DNA of 63,470 bases, the filler included, from Octopus bimaculoides (lineage: Eukaryota), in the NCBI RefSeq assembly GCF_001194135.2. It is 6 parts of 4 records of this genome, joined end to end, with 100 filler letters (N's around TTAATTAATTAA, not from the genome) between each part and the next. Parts side by side here need not be neighbours in the genome. Positions count along the whole stretch, not along the records: positions 24,085 to 44,580 come from NC_068981.1; positions 44,681 to 47,425 come from NC_069001.1; positions 47,526 to 57,800 come from NC_068984.1; 3 more parts are not named here. One strand, given 5' to 3'. A model generated the notes under the pieces. It saw only the letters and a list, made by a program, of their open reading frames with translations. It was not told the origin of the DNA and ran no database searches. How positions within the stretch are numbered: the stretch's first letter is position 1; every line of letters begins with the position of its first letter. Both the position numbers and the translations under genes were made by a program. This document shows, piece by piece, positions 39,121-53,004 of this stretch.

Positions 39121-40379
39121 CACTCTCTCTCTCCTTCTCTCCTTCTCCCCTTCTCTCTCTCCTTCTCCCCTTCTCTCTCTCCTTCTCCCCTTCTCTCTCT
39201 CCTTCTCCCCTTCTCTCTCTCTACTATTTTTTTCTATTTTTGTCATTTGGATATTTTCATTCTCCGTGCCAGATGATAACTGACTGTTAGTTCTCTTTCG
39301 CAAACTTGGCCGCCGAGGCAACTCTATTAACTGCAAATTTCAAACTAGAAGCTGGAATAAAAATGAAATATTTTCTCTCGTCTCCAGAAACTAATTTCTT
39401 TGAGATTTTTTCTCAACTCATCAGAAAAAATAATGTGGAGTTCTCATCAACAAATCTCAGGAAATGCTATAAATGCTATTGAACGTGTGTCGTAGACTCT
39501 CATACGATTACAGAAACTATAAGTGGATTTGTGAACGTGCCGTTCAAGCTCCCCGAAATTACATTTTGCTGGATAAGAATGTCATTATTATTCAACAGAC
39601 ACCAGCATAATCTTGACGCGTTGTCAGATCAAATTGCAGTTGACGTTAACGCTTCTGCCAGTTATCCACAAAGTTCCGCAATTCACTTCAGCCTACTGCT
39701 AACCCTTCTCATTATCTGCAACTAAAATAAGGAACACCCATTATGTCACTGCAAAATGTAGATGCACCTGAAACTCTTTAAAAATACAAGAATAGCTGAC
39801 AAAACCCCAATACCATTTGTGTGTCGAAGCAAAAAATTTATGGTGCCAATAAAGTTGTTTTCATTTTACACATACTCTGCGTTCTATAAGATGTACTGTT
39901 TGATGTGACTGGCAGAGTTTACCTAAAATCGTTAGAAAGCAAAGCTATGACTCTGTCTATGACCTGTTGAGTCTGAGATCTTGTAACGTGCGATCAAGAG
40001 TGTCAAATGCAAGTTTGTGAGGCATTTTGTACTCGTCTCATGCTTTCAATTTGGTTTGCTTCAGAACAGCTGTCTAGATCCTTTGCCAATATTGCACACA
40101 GCACACATTACTGTCATTATCTATGTGGTTAACAAGTAGTTTAAGACCAGAATGAACAATTCTACCCGTGAGTCAGGTTGCAGCATTTCAGATGCAGTCA
40201 CTGCGGTCTGCTTTATTGAAGGATCTTTTATCAAATTTAAGTTTATTTAAAAAGCATCAAAAGAAACTATTTCTCTGGGATCAAAGCATCACGGTTATTT
40301 GATCCTAATATATGCTTTTTGTATCTTAAACCTAAACTAATTCTTTTTAGTGACAACCTTTTCCTATTATTAAATGCCA

Positions 40380-40560
40380 TAGCTGGTTTCTCGAAGGACC
40401 TCTCGACAAAAAATTGCGGCTCCAGTTTGTTACTGAAGTTGGCTGTCCATGCTGCTCAAGAGCCTTGCCATCCACGGAGTGTGTAGTATTCTCAATGAGG
40501 TGCTTGGTTGAACATCGAAGATGCAAACTCTAGATGTGGGTTTATTTTACTCTTGATGTA
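40380..40560 (-). mobile_element. decayed CR1/L2-like RT remnant
   Basis: Weak FDV...QALIE...NWSRNFLSR pattern on the minus strand. Confidence 0.35.
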
Positions 40561-41869
40561 CTTGATACGTTATGAACTTTACCATGCTCTCTGGTTAATT
40601 CATGTTTGTGTTATTGAAGATTGAATGATGAGCAGCCACTGAAAATGATAGCAAAGTAACTTCTCGCCTTGCTTGGAGAATGCACCACTTCCAAAGTACT
40701 GTTCCAGCCTTGCACCATCTTCCGAGAAACATTTTCTCTGGCAAGCCTTGTGGTATGTTTCATAGACATATAAAGCGACTGTCTTGAAATGATAATGGGC
40801 CATAAATATTGTGCGTTTTAAATAGGTTATCAAAATTCCTCATTTAAAAACATTTCTCTTTTAAAAAGTCAGTAGGCAGTTTCAAATACCATAGAAATGA
40901 AAAAAATTCATTTATTATTTCAATGTTTAAACATGCTTACATTTGAAAAACATGTAGATATCACGCTCGATGAATCGAATTGTTAATTTCTATAAAATTT
41001 GAAATATATTCATACATTAAAAGAAAATAGAACTGATCTACAGAGCATAAAACCTGAATAGTTTAGAAATATAAACAAATTTAAATGTGATACAATGAGA
41101 GGATAAATTATTTTCTGTCTTCTACGATATCCGCAACTGTGTACTAACTTCGTTTTACATTGTGTTTGCCACCCACTAATATTATTAATAACCATTTAGT
41201 AACATTATCTGTAGTTTTGATAAACGACTTCCTCCATAAAGTATGTACGACAACACCGCCAGCTACACCAACAAAACTTAACACACCTGTATCTCTACTC
41301 CCAACGCTAACATATGACTGCCATTATCACCATCACCGCACACCTACCTCGACTCTGTAGTTAGCGCGATTATCTTTTNNNNNNNNNNNNNNNNNNNNNN
41401 NNNNNNNNNNNNNNNNNNNNNNNNNNNNNNNNNNNNNNNNNNGTAATAAGCAGTTTTCACTTAAGTCTTGTAATTTAAAAAACCTAGTTTGGTGGGTGGG
41501 CAAATTAAAGGGAAAATATTTGAAGTGAGAATTAAAAATAAGTTTTTTTTTTTTTTAATATCATATTTGAAAAGGAAAAATTATTTTTACAAAAGTATTC
41601 ACCAAAGCTTGTTTAATTACATAATTACGAAGTGGCAGAGTGGTGGGGGGGGGGACAGAGAAAGCCGAGGAAGAAATTATTTTTAAATAAAGGGAGGTCA
41701 CTCTGAAGTCTTTACAACAAACGACTCGTATTTTTATTTTTCACCAGGCTGACCTAATAAGAAATAAGATCGTGAATGAACAGACTTCTAATCAAAGGAC
41801 CGCCTCTTCGACATTATGTATCATTTTTTTAATGCAATACATTATTCAATGTGTCCCTTTATTTTCAAA

Positions 41870-41940
41870 ACACTAGAATAATAATAATGAAATTATTGTA
41901 TACAGTGCTCAGGTGCACTACAACTGCTCAGGTGCACTAG
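41870..41940 (-). mobile_element. CR1 3'-tail remnant
   Basis: Reverse complement of the 44050-44095 tail (gtagtgcacctgagcactgtatacaataatttc), with a 15-bp internal duplication. Confidence 0.6.
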
Positions 41941-42373
41941 GCCCCTTCACTATATACAGGCACTCTCATTCAAACCCTTATTAAGAGTGATGCTGTTTCT
42001 GTTGTTACTGTTTAATTCCAGGTGAGATGTCAATGAGAAGAAGATTGATTGCATTCTGGCTATGACTGTCGATTTAGCTGCTCTTTCTGGCTAACAGAGC
42101 AATCTTGAAAGGACCTCGTCGTTTTCTCTAGTAGTTGCATATATACGATAGGACACTATGGTTGACGATGTTGGTAGTTATTGTAGACCACCTTGTGTCA
42201 ACAAGTGAGCCACTATGTAATCATTTGATTTTTTCCCTCGAATCAGTCCCTACCGACTTATAATATAGTCCTATATACACATAAAACACAAGACACTCAT
42301 GGTTGGAACGCCTTTGATCATATCTGTCTGATGAATTAGGATGACCTGGAACTAAACAAAATAAAAGCAGTTT

Positions 42374-42457
<84 letters not shown>

Positions 42458-43459
42458 CTGAGTTCAAATCTCACTTGATGACGGTTTAAGCGACCATACC
42501 CATAGCCTACATTTGTGACCCGGTGTCTAGTTAATAATTGAAACATATATTGAATCTATCCAATCGATTATCCAACAACACGACAAACCTAGTGTTGACA
42601 TTGAGAATCAATATTATTTCTGTCAACATCCCACGTGATCAGCGTAAACGTTTGCTCCTGATGGAAATTGTTCAAAAGGCGATGTACAATTCATGGTTGT
42701 GACCATTTCGCTTCATTTTTGTCACTAATGCCTTTATTGAGAGATAAACATCACAACTCCTCACAAGTCTAGTACTTTGTGCAACGGAAATATTAATACA
42801 AATAAATAAGCGAACGAAAACAGAGAAACAGCGATTTCTTAATGTAAGGGAAGTAACTCCAAAAGCTTTGCACAAACACTGATTACCGGAATGGATTCCG
42901 TATTTTACGTGCTACATTATTATTTATGGTTCAAATCCTATCAGTTTTTGTTGACTTTTCTTTTTCTCTTTCTGTATGTAGTGAGATATTACTCCAGTAA
43001 TATATTAAACCGATTATACCAAATAATTACTGTATAATATTGTTCCTTAGTATAATGTAACGAGAAAGAAAACACACGGAAGAGTGTTAAATAAGGGAAA
43101 TAACTCAGGACATTCCTTGAGCGCTGTGAAAGTGCTTACTGGATTTTAATTTATCAATTCGTTTATGCTACTAATGTTCTTAAAAATGACATAAATGTTA
43201 CAAATTTCGATGATGGTTGGAAATTCACAACATCCAGTAAAAATGAAAGAAATATCTTATTTCAAATAAATTATACACTGTGTTGTAGAATGTCCAATTA
43301 CGCCAAATGGAAACCTTCAATTCCATACCAGTGGCGCTAAGAGTTTTCATACATATGACTAACGATTTCTTCCTTAAGAACCATTTTGATATTTTTGAAG
43401 CTGATATATTTTCAAATAAGATCATTCCACACGGTTCGCTGTAATTACAGTGGAACAGC

Positions 43460-44095
43460 CGCTCCCCAGTTATCTATATAAAACTGTTTATGGTAATGGT
43501 GCGGCCACACCTAAGAATTTGCATTACCAGTCTGGAACCCCTATCATGCTCAGGACATTGACCTCCTGGAAACTATTCAGATACGTGCAGCCAAGCGAAT
43601 ACTTTCCATTAGACATCTACCATGCTCTGAACACCTTGCTTCCCTGGGCATAGATACACTGAAGCTCCGACGTCTAGCAAATGATTTAGTAAACACCCAC
43701 AAAATCATTAACCATCGCGCCAACAACCACCTTGAACACCTTTTTGAGTTCCACATATCTGATATACGTGGGCATGCCAACAAAGATAGAAAACAGAACA
43801 GCTCCCCTGACTTTCGGAAACATTTTTTCACACTCAGACTTTCTGAAGCATGGAACAAACTACCTGCATCAGTTGTTAGTTGCCCAGACATTTCATCCTT
43901 TAAAACCTCCATGCTTCCTGAAATTCGCCAACACTACACTTACTATCCCCCACTCCATACGCATGCACACATGTATATCATGACTCATATACTGTTCACT
44001 TTCCTGACTTTTGTATATAATTTTATATACTGTACATGCACCTTTGATGAGTTGTAGTACACCTGAGCACTATCCACAATAATTTCATCAATATT
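43460..44095 (+). mobile_element. CR1-type LINE 3' end (ORF2 C-terminus plus 3' UTR)
   Basis: VRPHL, WNPYHAQDIDLLETIQ, TLKLRRLANDL...RGHA...RKHFFTLRLSEAWNKLP...SFKTS. Confidence 0.88.
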
Positions 44096-44314
44096 ATAAT
44101 TTGAATACAATTCTGCAAATTGTTAACAACTAGCCGATACCTGTTATCTTTTTCTTGTTTTAGTCATTGAACTGCTGCCATGCTAGGATATCGCATTCAA
44201 GGGATTTTAGTCAAACACATTCACCCCTAATTGTTTTCAAACTTGACAGATATTCTATACGTCCCTTTGCGGAATGACATAAAAAAGTAACACGCACACA
44301 CATGTATATATATA

Positions 44315-44431
44315 AAATCAAAATAAGCAACAGGATATGAAGTAGTAATACAGTACGACCTTAATTAAACGGAGCCACTTGAAACGGTCGTACTGCATTA
44401 CTACTTCATATCCTGTTGCTTATTTTGATTT
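44315..44431. repeat. 46-bp near-perfect inverted repeat with 25-nt spacer
   Basis: 44315-44360 is the reverse complement of 44386-44431 with one mismatch (a G.U-incompatible A/C pair); the spacer ends in GAAAC followed by GGTC. Confidence 0.95.
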
Positions 44432-44527
44432 CATTCATTTCCGAGCTGTGCGGATAATACCGGACTGACTTAGTGCTTCAACTTAAGTACCTAATTCAAA
44501 TGAATCTCAATTATATATGTCTATATA

Positions 44528-44580
<53 letters not shown>

Positions 44581-44680
44581 NNNNNNNNNNNNNNNNNNNN
44601 NNNNNNNNNNNNNNNNNNNNNNNNTTAATTAATTAANNNNNNNNNNNNNNNNNNNNNNNNNNNNNNNNNNNNNNNNNNNN
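44581..44680. other. assembly spacer N44-TTAATTAATTAA-N44 (artefact)
   Basis: The identical 12-mer sits inside N gaps at 17058, 24029, 44625, 47470 and 57845; it has stop codons in all frames. Confidence 0.95.
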
Positions 44681-44734
44681 TATATATATATATATATATA
44701 TATATATTACACACACATATACATACATTATGCT

Positions 44735-44825
44735 GTGTGGTTTGCGGGAGGCATTTGGCTAAGGCCAGAAATTTGGGTCTAACGTGTTAGAAATAGCAGC
44801 CAAATCCCTACCTTAAACTCCACGG
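44735..44825 (+). mobile_element. older repeat family E (TAGAAATAGCAGCCAAAT core)
   Basis: The same core appears reversed at about 21190-21215, 29500-29525 and 61725-61745. Confidence 0.45.
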
Positions 44826-45104
44826 CATAAAGTGTGTGTGTGTGTATGTGTGTGTGAATGTTCTAATGTATTTTTATATATGCGTATGTGTATATGTGTG
44901 TGTGTGTATATACACACACATGCTTATATGTATGCATAACCTCCCCCAGCCCCCATTTTACTTGTTTCAGCTATTAGAATGCAGTCATGCTGCAATAGTG
45001 TCCTGAAGTATTTTAATAGAATATATCGATCTCAATACTTAATCTGTTTGCCGAACAGGGACGTCGACAAACCAGGACTAGTTGTCAGGGAAATAAACAC
45101 AAAC

Positions 45105-45416
45105 CAGCATACGGCAAGGCTTCGGCCAGCCTGTAGAAGACATTTGGCGAAAGTGTCACGCAGTGGGATTGAACCCGGAGCCATGCGGTTGGGAAGCAAA
45201 CATAGGCTCAACACCCGAAATTTTTGGGGAAGGGGCCAGTCGATTAGATCGATCCCAGTACGCAACTAGTACTTATTTAATCGACCCTGAAAGGATGAAA
45301 GGCAAAGTCGACCTCGGCGGAATTTGAACTCAGAATATAAAGACAGACAAGCACTTCGCCCGGCGTGCTAACGTCGCCGCCTTGGCAAGCAAACACCTTA
45401 CCACACAGCCACCTCT
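45105..45416 (-). mobile_element. SINE family A split by a family B insertion (45203-45386)
   Basis: 9-bp TSD AAGCAAACA at 45194-45202 and 45387-45395. Confidence 0.85.
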
Positions 45417-47525
45417 GCACCCATTTAATTTAATTTCATATTTTTTATTTTACCACATGAATTTCGTTTCTAATTTTTTTTAAAATAAATTATCAGCGAT
45501 TCTTTTTTGTTTCGTTATTTTNNNNNNNNNNNNNNNNNNNNNNNNNNNNNNNNNNNNNNNNNNNNNNNNNNNNNNNNNNNNNNNNNNNNNNNNNNNNNNN
45601 NNNNNNNNNNNNNNNNNNNNNNNNNNNNNNNNNNNNNNNNNNNNNNNNNNNNNNNNNNNNNNNNNNNNNNNNNNNNNNNNNNNNNNNNNNNNNNNNNNNN
45701 NNNNNNNNNNNNNNNNNNNNNNNNNNNNNNNNNNNNNNNNNNNNNNNNNNNNNNNNNNNNNNNNNNNNNNNNNNNNNNNNNNNNNNNNNNNNNNNNNNNN
45801 NNNNNNNNNNNNNNNNNNNNNNNNNNNNNNNNNNNNNNNNNNNNNNNNNNNNNNNNNNNNNNNNNNNNNNNNNNNNNNNNNNNNNNNNNNNNNNNNNNNN
45901 NNNNNNNNNNNNNNNNNNNNNNNNNNNNNNNNNNNNNNNNNNNNNNNNNNNNNNNNNNNNNNNNNNNNNNNNNNNNNNNNNNNNNNNNNNNNNNNNNNNN
46001 NNNNNNNNNNNNNNNNNNNNNNNNNNNNNNNNNNNNNNNNNNNNNNNNNNNNNNNNNNNNNNNNNNNNNNNNNNNNNNNNNNNNNNNNNNNNNNNNNNNN
46101 NNNNNNNNNNNNNNNNNNNNNNNNNNACACACACACATAAATACTTTATGCTGAACTTCTTTCAAAATTCCTTTTTGGGTTTTTCACACGTTAACTTGTG
46201 GAAGTTGAACTATGGAAAATGGTAGAGAAAGACCTCTAGTTGTTTCTTGCAATAGAAACATCTAAAGAAAAAAAAAAATTTTTTGTCCTCAATTACTATT
46301 TTGTTACATGGACCCTTAAAAATTTCATATGGACCCAGTTGAGAACCACTGACCAAAAAAAAAAGAAAAAACATTCCAAGAACAGAAAATCCCAGGAGTG
46401 ATAACGAGACTGAGTCACTAGAACAGCCAAGTGCCCTCACATGTTAACAGCTGATAATTAATTCATGGCAGACGAGATGTCAAAACGTCGTTGTCAACGA
46501 ACCAACTGTATGAAATTAAATGTGAGGCCAGTGTCTAAATTTGTTTCATTTCTATTAATGAAACTCTTATGTATATTCTGCGTCTAGCTGTAAGTTTACA
46601 TATATATATATTTGAGTGAATTTATTTCGTTTTGTAGACGTCTTTCAACACACTTGCATGAAGACATGTTTCATTTCACCCAAACATACACGCACACACA
46701 TGTAAGAAGTTCGATATATTTTTGCCAAAACTGACCCGGGTCATGTCTAACTTAATAGAACCATCTGATAGAATCAGTTAAGTCATTTTTTTAAAGTCAA
46801 ATGTTGTATTATCATTGCCTATTCGCGTAAGGAGTTGACTTATATCCAGGTATGGATGGTTTGTTTTGTATTTCTTGAAGAAATTTGACTAAATATCGTT
46901 TGATAATGATGGGATCTTTTTCTTCATTGATTTGTTTATGGATAATGTTAAATAGGATCTTTTTCTTCATTGATTTGTTTAGGGATAATGTTAAATAGAG
47001 CAGAACCTGTTGTGGAAAATTAATTACGCTTCACTGAATTTATTTGTTGTTAGCTTGAATCTTGTATAGGAAGAATGGGTTCGATGTATGGCATGGATTC
47101 CCAGCTGTGGAAGATTTGATGTTGTGGTCGTATGAGTGTAATGCAGGTTCTGTATTCTGCACATTGCACAAATGGTGCATATGATACATTGATATTTGTA
47201 CGGGCGGGTGCTGGAAAGTTCTTGGCAATAAGGTTGTCAAACTATAGTGTTTGACCCGAGCTCAAAAACGAAACAAAATTAGTGTAATAGGTGTAAAAAC
47301 AACTTGCTGGGAACGAATATGAAGAAAGAAAATGCGCGATCGAGAACGGGGGTGGGTGGTGAGAGGCCTCGGAACGGGGGGGAAAGGGCTCGGAATATTC
47401 GCATCTTGAAAGTTCTCCCCCCCCCNNNNNNNNNNNNNNNNNNNNNNNNNNNNNNNNNNNNNNNNNNNNTTAATTAATTAANNNNNNNNNNNNNNNNNNN
47501 NNNNNNNNNNNNNNNNNNNNNNNNN

Positions 47526-47568
<43 letters not shown>

Positions 47569-48092
47569 ATACATATGTATGTATATATATACACACACGC
47601 ATACACACATATTTATTATGCATACATACATACATACACACACACACACATACATACATACATACATACATACATACATACATACACACATACATACATA
47701 CATTCAGTCCTATGGAATAGCTACCACATACTCTTCTCATGGAGAAATAATATTTGTTTTACACTTAGCACTAAGACTGCAAAAGTAACCTTACATTAAA
47801 GGTAGACGCACACACAAATGCACACGCACACATACACATGCCTGCGTGTCAGTGTCTGTGTACGTATGTATATGAATATATGTGAGTGTGTGTGTAAATT
47901 CTGTAATCTCGTACGGAAGAAATAATTTCAGAGTAACGATATTGTTCAAGAATTACTTTTTACTGTTAAGTGTAAACAAATGCTTTTAGCTCTACGTACT
48001 GAACACGTTGGAGTGGTCAACATATATGTATGTATGTATGTACGTACGTACGTATGTATGTATGTATGTATGTATGTATGTATGTATGTATG

Positions 48093-48535
48093 AGGAGGCG
48101 CAATGGCCCAGTGGTTAGGGCAGCGGACTCGCGGTCATAGGATCGCGGTTTCGATTCCCAGAACGGACGTTGTGATCGTTTATTGAGCGAAAACACCTAA
48201 AGCTCCAAGAGGCTCCGGCAGGGGATGGTGGCGAACCCTGCTGTACTCTTTCACCACAACTTTCTCTCACTCTTACTTCCTGTTTCTGTTGTGTCTGTAA
48301 TTCAAAGGATCAGCCTTATCACGCAGTGTCACGCTGTGTCACGCTGAATATCCCCGAGAACTACGTTAAGGGTACACGTGTCTGTGGAGTGCTCAGCCAC
48401 TTGCACATTAATTTCACGAGNNNNNNNNNNTGTCTGTGGAGTGCTCAGCCACTTGCACATTAATTTCACGAGCAGGCTGTTCCGTTGATCGGATCAACTG
48501 GAACCCTCGTCGTCGTAAGCGACGGGTGCCAACAA
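48093..48535 (+). mobile_element. SINE family C, full length, in (TATG)n (with an assembly duplication)
   Basis: Colinear with 31126-31507. Confidence 0.9.
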
Positions 48536-48684
48536 TACGTATGTATGTATATATGTATGTATGTATGCATGTATGTATGTATGTCAGTGTTCAGTTTTAT
48601 TTCAAAATTATTTGCCTATAGAGAAAGAGCCGGTTTCTAATCTAGATTCAAGGCTCCTTCGTATGTATGTATGTACGTGTGCGT

Positions 48685-48745
<61 letters not shown>

Positions 48746-48899
48746 TGCGTGTGTATGTGTGTGTGTGTACGTGTGTGTGTGTATGCAAATTGTTCTATCT
48801 ATCTATCTATCTATCTATCTGCCTATCGATCGATTGATCGATCGATAAGCAGACAGATAGATCGATGTATACTAATGTATATATGTATATATGTATATA

Positions 48900-49336
<437 letters not shown>

Positions 49337-49379
49337 CCAGCATGGCCACAGCTCATGAGCTGAAATGAAATGAAAATAT

Positions 49380-50620
49380 GTGTGTGTGTGTGTAAACAGA
49401 GTTAGCGGTTATAGTAACCGACGAAGGGATAAAGATATCCGTATACATTATCGGTATCCGTTACCTGTATTATCCCCGGGAAATGTGCATGCGCACCATA
49501 CACGTAGAGTGCAGGTAACAACAGGATAAAGAAGAGTTTAGCAGGAACCAATGCAAATAATTAGAAAATGGAGAAAACCACAGGTTAACTAACATCGATT
49601 GGACCACATTTATAGCGTATTTTTTAATACAAAGCATGACATAACAAAATATGTGACGTAACATATCTAACCACCGTTACTAATCGGATTGTCCAAATGC
49701 AGTGTATAAATAAATGTGAGAATAAAGTTCTTTATCTTCTACAGGGCATTCGAATTAAGGCAACGGAGCTTCATCAGAGTGAAAAACAAGAGCATACAAT
49801 ATAAACAAAGGGAAGAAGGAAAAGGGAAGAAAACATGGATTAGACAAATAGTCGAGAAGCCCAATATGTTAGGAGCATATAATTTACCATCAAGGGGCTA
49901 CAGGGTCCGTAGGTAAAAGAGTGAGCTAGTAATGGTCTAAGGAATACTACAATTTATTAACGGGTAGGGGTTGGGGTCAGGATGTTTAAAAAAACCAAGT
50001 TATCAAGAAACTATATATAAGGAAAATACTAATATGATTATCAAAGGACGGTACCTCTGCTAACGGAATAAACTCAAGTAAAAGTAAACAATTATCGTAG
50101 GGGGGCTTAAGAAAAATTTATAGAAATTAATACCAAGAGTCCCACGTATGGGGCATGTGTAAGTCTAGCGGTCAGTAACAATTTGAACCGAGGTCACAAG
50201 TTAAGACCGTTACAAAGGATTTGTTTATAAAATAAACAAGAATAGGAAAAAGAAGAAAAAAATTACGGGGGAGAAGTCAATGAATAGATATTGTGGGGCC
50301 GTTTATGTCCTTCAGCATCTTAAAGTTATAACATGCATGAGGAAGAATTAGGGAATCTACGGGGTAGTGGTTAAGGGGAGCAACTAGTACTGGTAATTTA
50401 GCACTTCAATGAAAACTACTAGGGGATGAAATTGGGCTAAACCTCGTATATAGCGAATTGTAGTAATAATTAGGTATATACAGGTATGAAAGCAAAATTC
50501 ATCTTTTAGTTGCTCTACAATGCACAAATAAAATGGCACTTACAATTTGGCGGTTAATATTTAAGGCCAAGTCACATGATGAAATAATATCAAATAATAG
50601 AACTCCTTAGTTATCCAGCA
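49380..50620 (-). mobile_element. possible highly decayed Penelope-like element
   Basis: Weak minus-strand FKLLLTARLTHAPYVG (GIY-YIG-like) near 50150 and a downstream CTGATGAAG at about 49770-49778; no intact ORF. Confidence 0.3.
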
Positions 50621-50630
50621 ATGTCCCAAG

Positions 50631-50884
50631 TATGAGGTTGAGTCAAAAAGTAATGCCATTTTGTTTAGGACAGATATAATTACCAACAGAGGAACATGTA
50701 TCATACGTCAAAATGAAGCTGGTCCTCTGTGGATCACATCCCTACTTCTCAACATAGTCACCGTTTCTCTCAATAGCAATGTTCCACCTTCGAATGAGAG
50801 CATGTATCCCTGCCCCATAAAATTCTGTTGACTGTTCTTTGAGCCACTTCTTCATTACAGTTTTCATTTCCTCATCGCTGTTTG
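50631..50884 (-). mobile_element. mariner 3' end with terminal repeat
   Basis: SDEEMKTVMKKWLKEQSTEFYGAGIHALIRRWNIAIERNGDYVEK* and the end TATGAGGTTGAGTCAAAAAGT. Confidence 0.88.
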
Positions 50885-51118
50885 CCTCTCAAACCCTCTT
50901 TCATGGGGCCCGAAGAGATGATAGTCTGAAGGCGTTAAATTATTCCAGTGAGGATCAGTTAAGTATGATTTTATTCGACATATTCCCGTCTCAGATTCAC
51001 ACACTTATTGTGCAGTGCTTCGGTTCCTCCAAACTGTGTAAAAAAATAACACGGAAGGTTGGATCTCCAACCCGGCCTTTCCCGACACCCTTAAAGCCAA
51101 GAATTTTTCAGTACCCCC

Positions 51119-51169
<51 letters not shown>

Positions 51170-51533
51170 CGTGCGTGTGCGTGCGCTTATATATATATAT
51201 ATGTATATANNNNNNNNNNNNNNNNNNNNNNNNNNNNNNNNNNNNNNNNNNNNNNNNNNNNNNNNNNNNNNNNNNNNNNNNNNNNNNNNNNNNNNNNNNN
51301 NNNNNGTGTGTATATATTGTTTATTTGTGAATTAAGGCTACCGTTAGTTTCATGTTATGAAGAGCAGGAAATTATTCTAGTATCTTAACAATTTTTCAAG
51401 CTGATCACACGGAGAAAGTTGTTCGCTTCCATTTTGGCAAACAGTCCCGTTTCGTTCACAGGATTTACCGTAAATTCGTGTAAATGAAACAATGAATCAA
51501 GGGTTGTTATTCAAGAAGGCACTTTTTGGAGTT

Positions 51534-51581
<48 letters not shown>

Positions 51582-51619
51582 ATACACATGATATGTGAGC
51601 ATATGCATATATACATACA

Positions 51620-52330
51620 TATATGCACATACCTACATCTACATGTATATATAGATGCATATCCGGGTACAGGACGTAAAAAAACGTGGACAAAAAAGGA
51701 GCGGGAACATAAACAAAGCACAAAAGACGAATTTTTTTTACGGACAACAGAATGAGCACATAGGAAAACAGACAAACCACATATGGAACTTTTCCTTCAT
51801 CAGCTGCCTCTATTCTAAACTAGGCGTTTGGAAGATATGTATATATATAGTAATAATTTAGAGAAGAATCACCATGGTGAAACTCACACGATGAAGGAGA
51901 TCAGACATCAAGAAAAACGTACTATACAAAATACTAGTTTAAAAATCTAAAAAATCCAAGGGAAAATTTGTAATACATAAAATCTATGTAATATTGGACT
52001 AATAATTTAAATCAGTTAAGTTTAAGAAACGAAAGTGGAAGAAAGACTATGCGCGTTTCATGGCCACATAACAGTGGGAAATATCTGGTCAATCTACAAT
52101 GAATCGATCAAGATAAATACCAATCGTAATGAGGAGACTCTTCAGGTCAAATAACTTCAAAAAAACGTATCCTAATATTTAAAAATGCATAAAATAAGAA
52201 AAGTATAAATGATCTTATTCAAGAAGATGGAGGGGGCTAGGTATAGAGCTCTTTTCTATTCTTCTCGGCATTTCCACTAAGAAATTTATGAGAATCAACT
52301 ATTAACTTTTGATTACTTCGAGTCAGACTT
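51620..52330 (-). mobile_element. possible decayed PLE/pLTR-like repeat
   Basis: Minus strand holds CTGATGAAGG (about 51795-51803), CTGAAGAG (about 52140) and GAAACGCG (about 52065), but no complete fold. Confidence 0.25.
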
Positions 52331-52454
52331 ATGTCAAAACTCTTATGAGAGGGAAAATCCTGTTTGAGAGGGAAAATCTATGTTATTTTGGGGTAGAAAC
52401 TCATGAGTGAGGGGAGCTCGGTGACAGGGTGCCTTGTAGTTGTGAAAAATCCAG

Positions 52455-53004
52455 ACGTTAGTATTGCCTGCATGGGCCTATACAACAGACCAACAACGTC
52501 AGTAATGTTATTGATTGCCCTCCGACGATCCTCATGTTCAAGCTGATGAATTTTTTCCACATATCTGAGGTGGCGCTCGTGGCAGATCGTTCGTCGTCTT
52601 CCAGATCGTTCTTCGTCTTCCAGATTGTTCTTCGTCTTCCAAGGACGTTCTTCTACTTTTGAAAGCGCCCGTGCCACTTGAAACATTGCGTGCGACCCAC
52701 TGCCTCGTCGCCGTAAGCTTGTCGAAGCATGCTCAATATCTCTGCAAGCAAACTTCCCAAGTTTAACGCAGAATTACATGTTGGCTCTTTGTTCCAACTT
52801 TCTGTCAATGACGAAAATCGCAGATTACAACCTACACGTGATACAAACACACAAATTTTATAACTTGCGAAGTAAACACAGCGATGTCACTCAGCACTCT
52901 GCTTCATAAAGTTCCCTGTTAGCTCTCACTGCACACGCAACCGTGTTCTGCCATCTATTGGCCGCTACAGAACTACTCCGAGAACTTCGTGATACGACCT
53001 CGTA
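52455..53004 (-). mobile_element. mariner 5' end (left TIR plus HTH domain)
   Basis: TACGAGGTCGTATCACGAAGTTC end; LSMLRQAYGDEAVGRTQCFKWH, LEDEERSGR, HEDRRRAINNITDVVG. Confidence 0.88.

Noticed and set aside
46912-46997. 43-bp tandem duplication
   Set aside because: Real but an ordinary slippage duplication with no further signal.
48379-48472. 42-bp direct repeat across a 10-N gap inside a SINE
   Set aside because: Looks like an unmerged contig overlap.
50631-53004. Mariner 3' end and 5' end on the same strand as one interrupted element
   Set aside because: The terminal repeats match only about 15/23, so they are probably different families.
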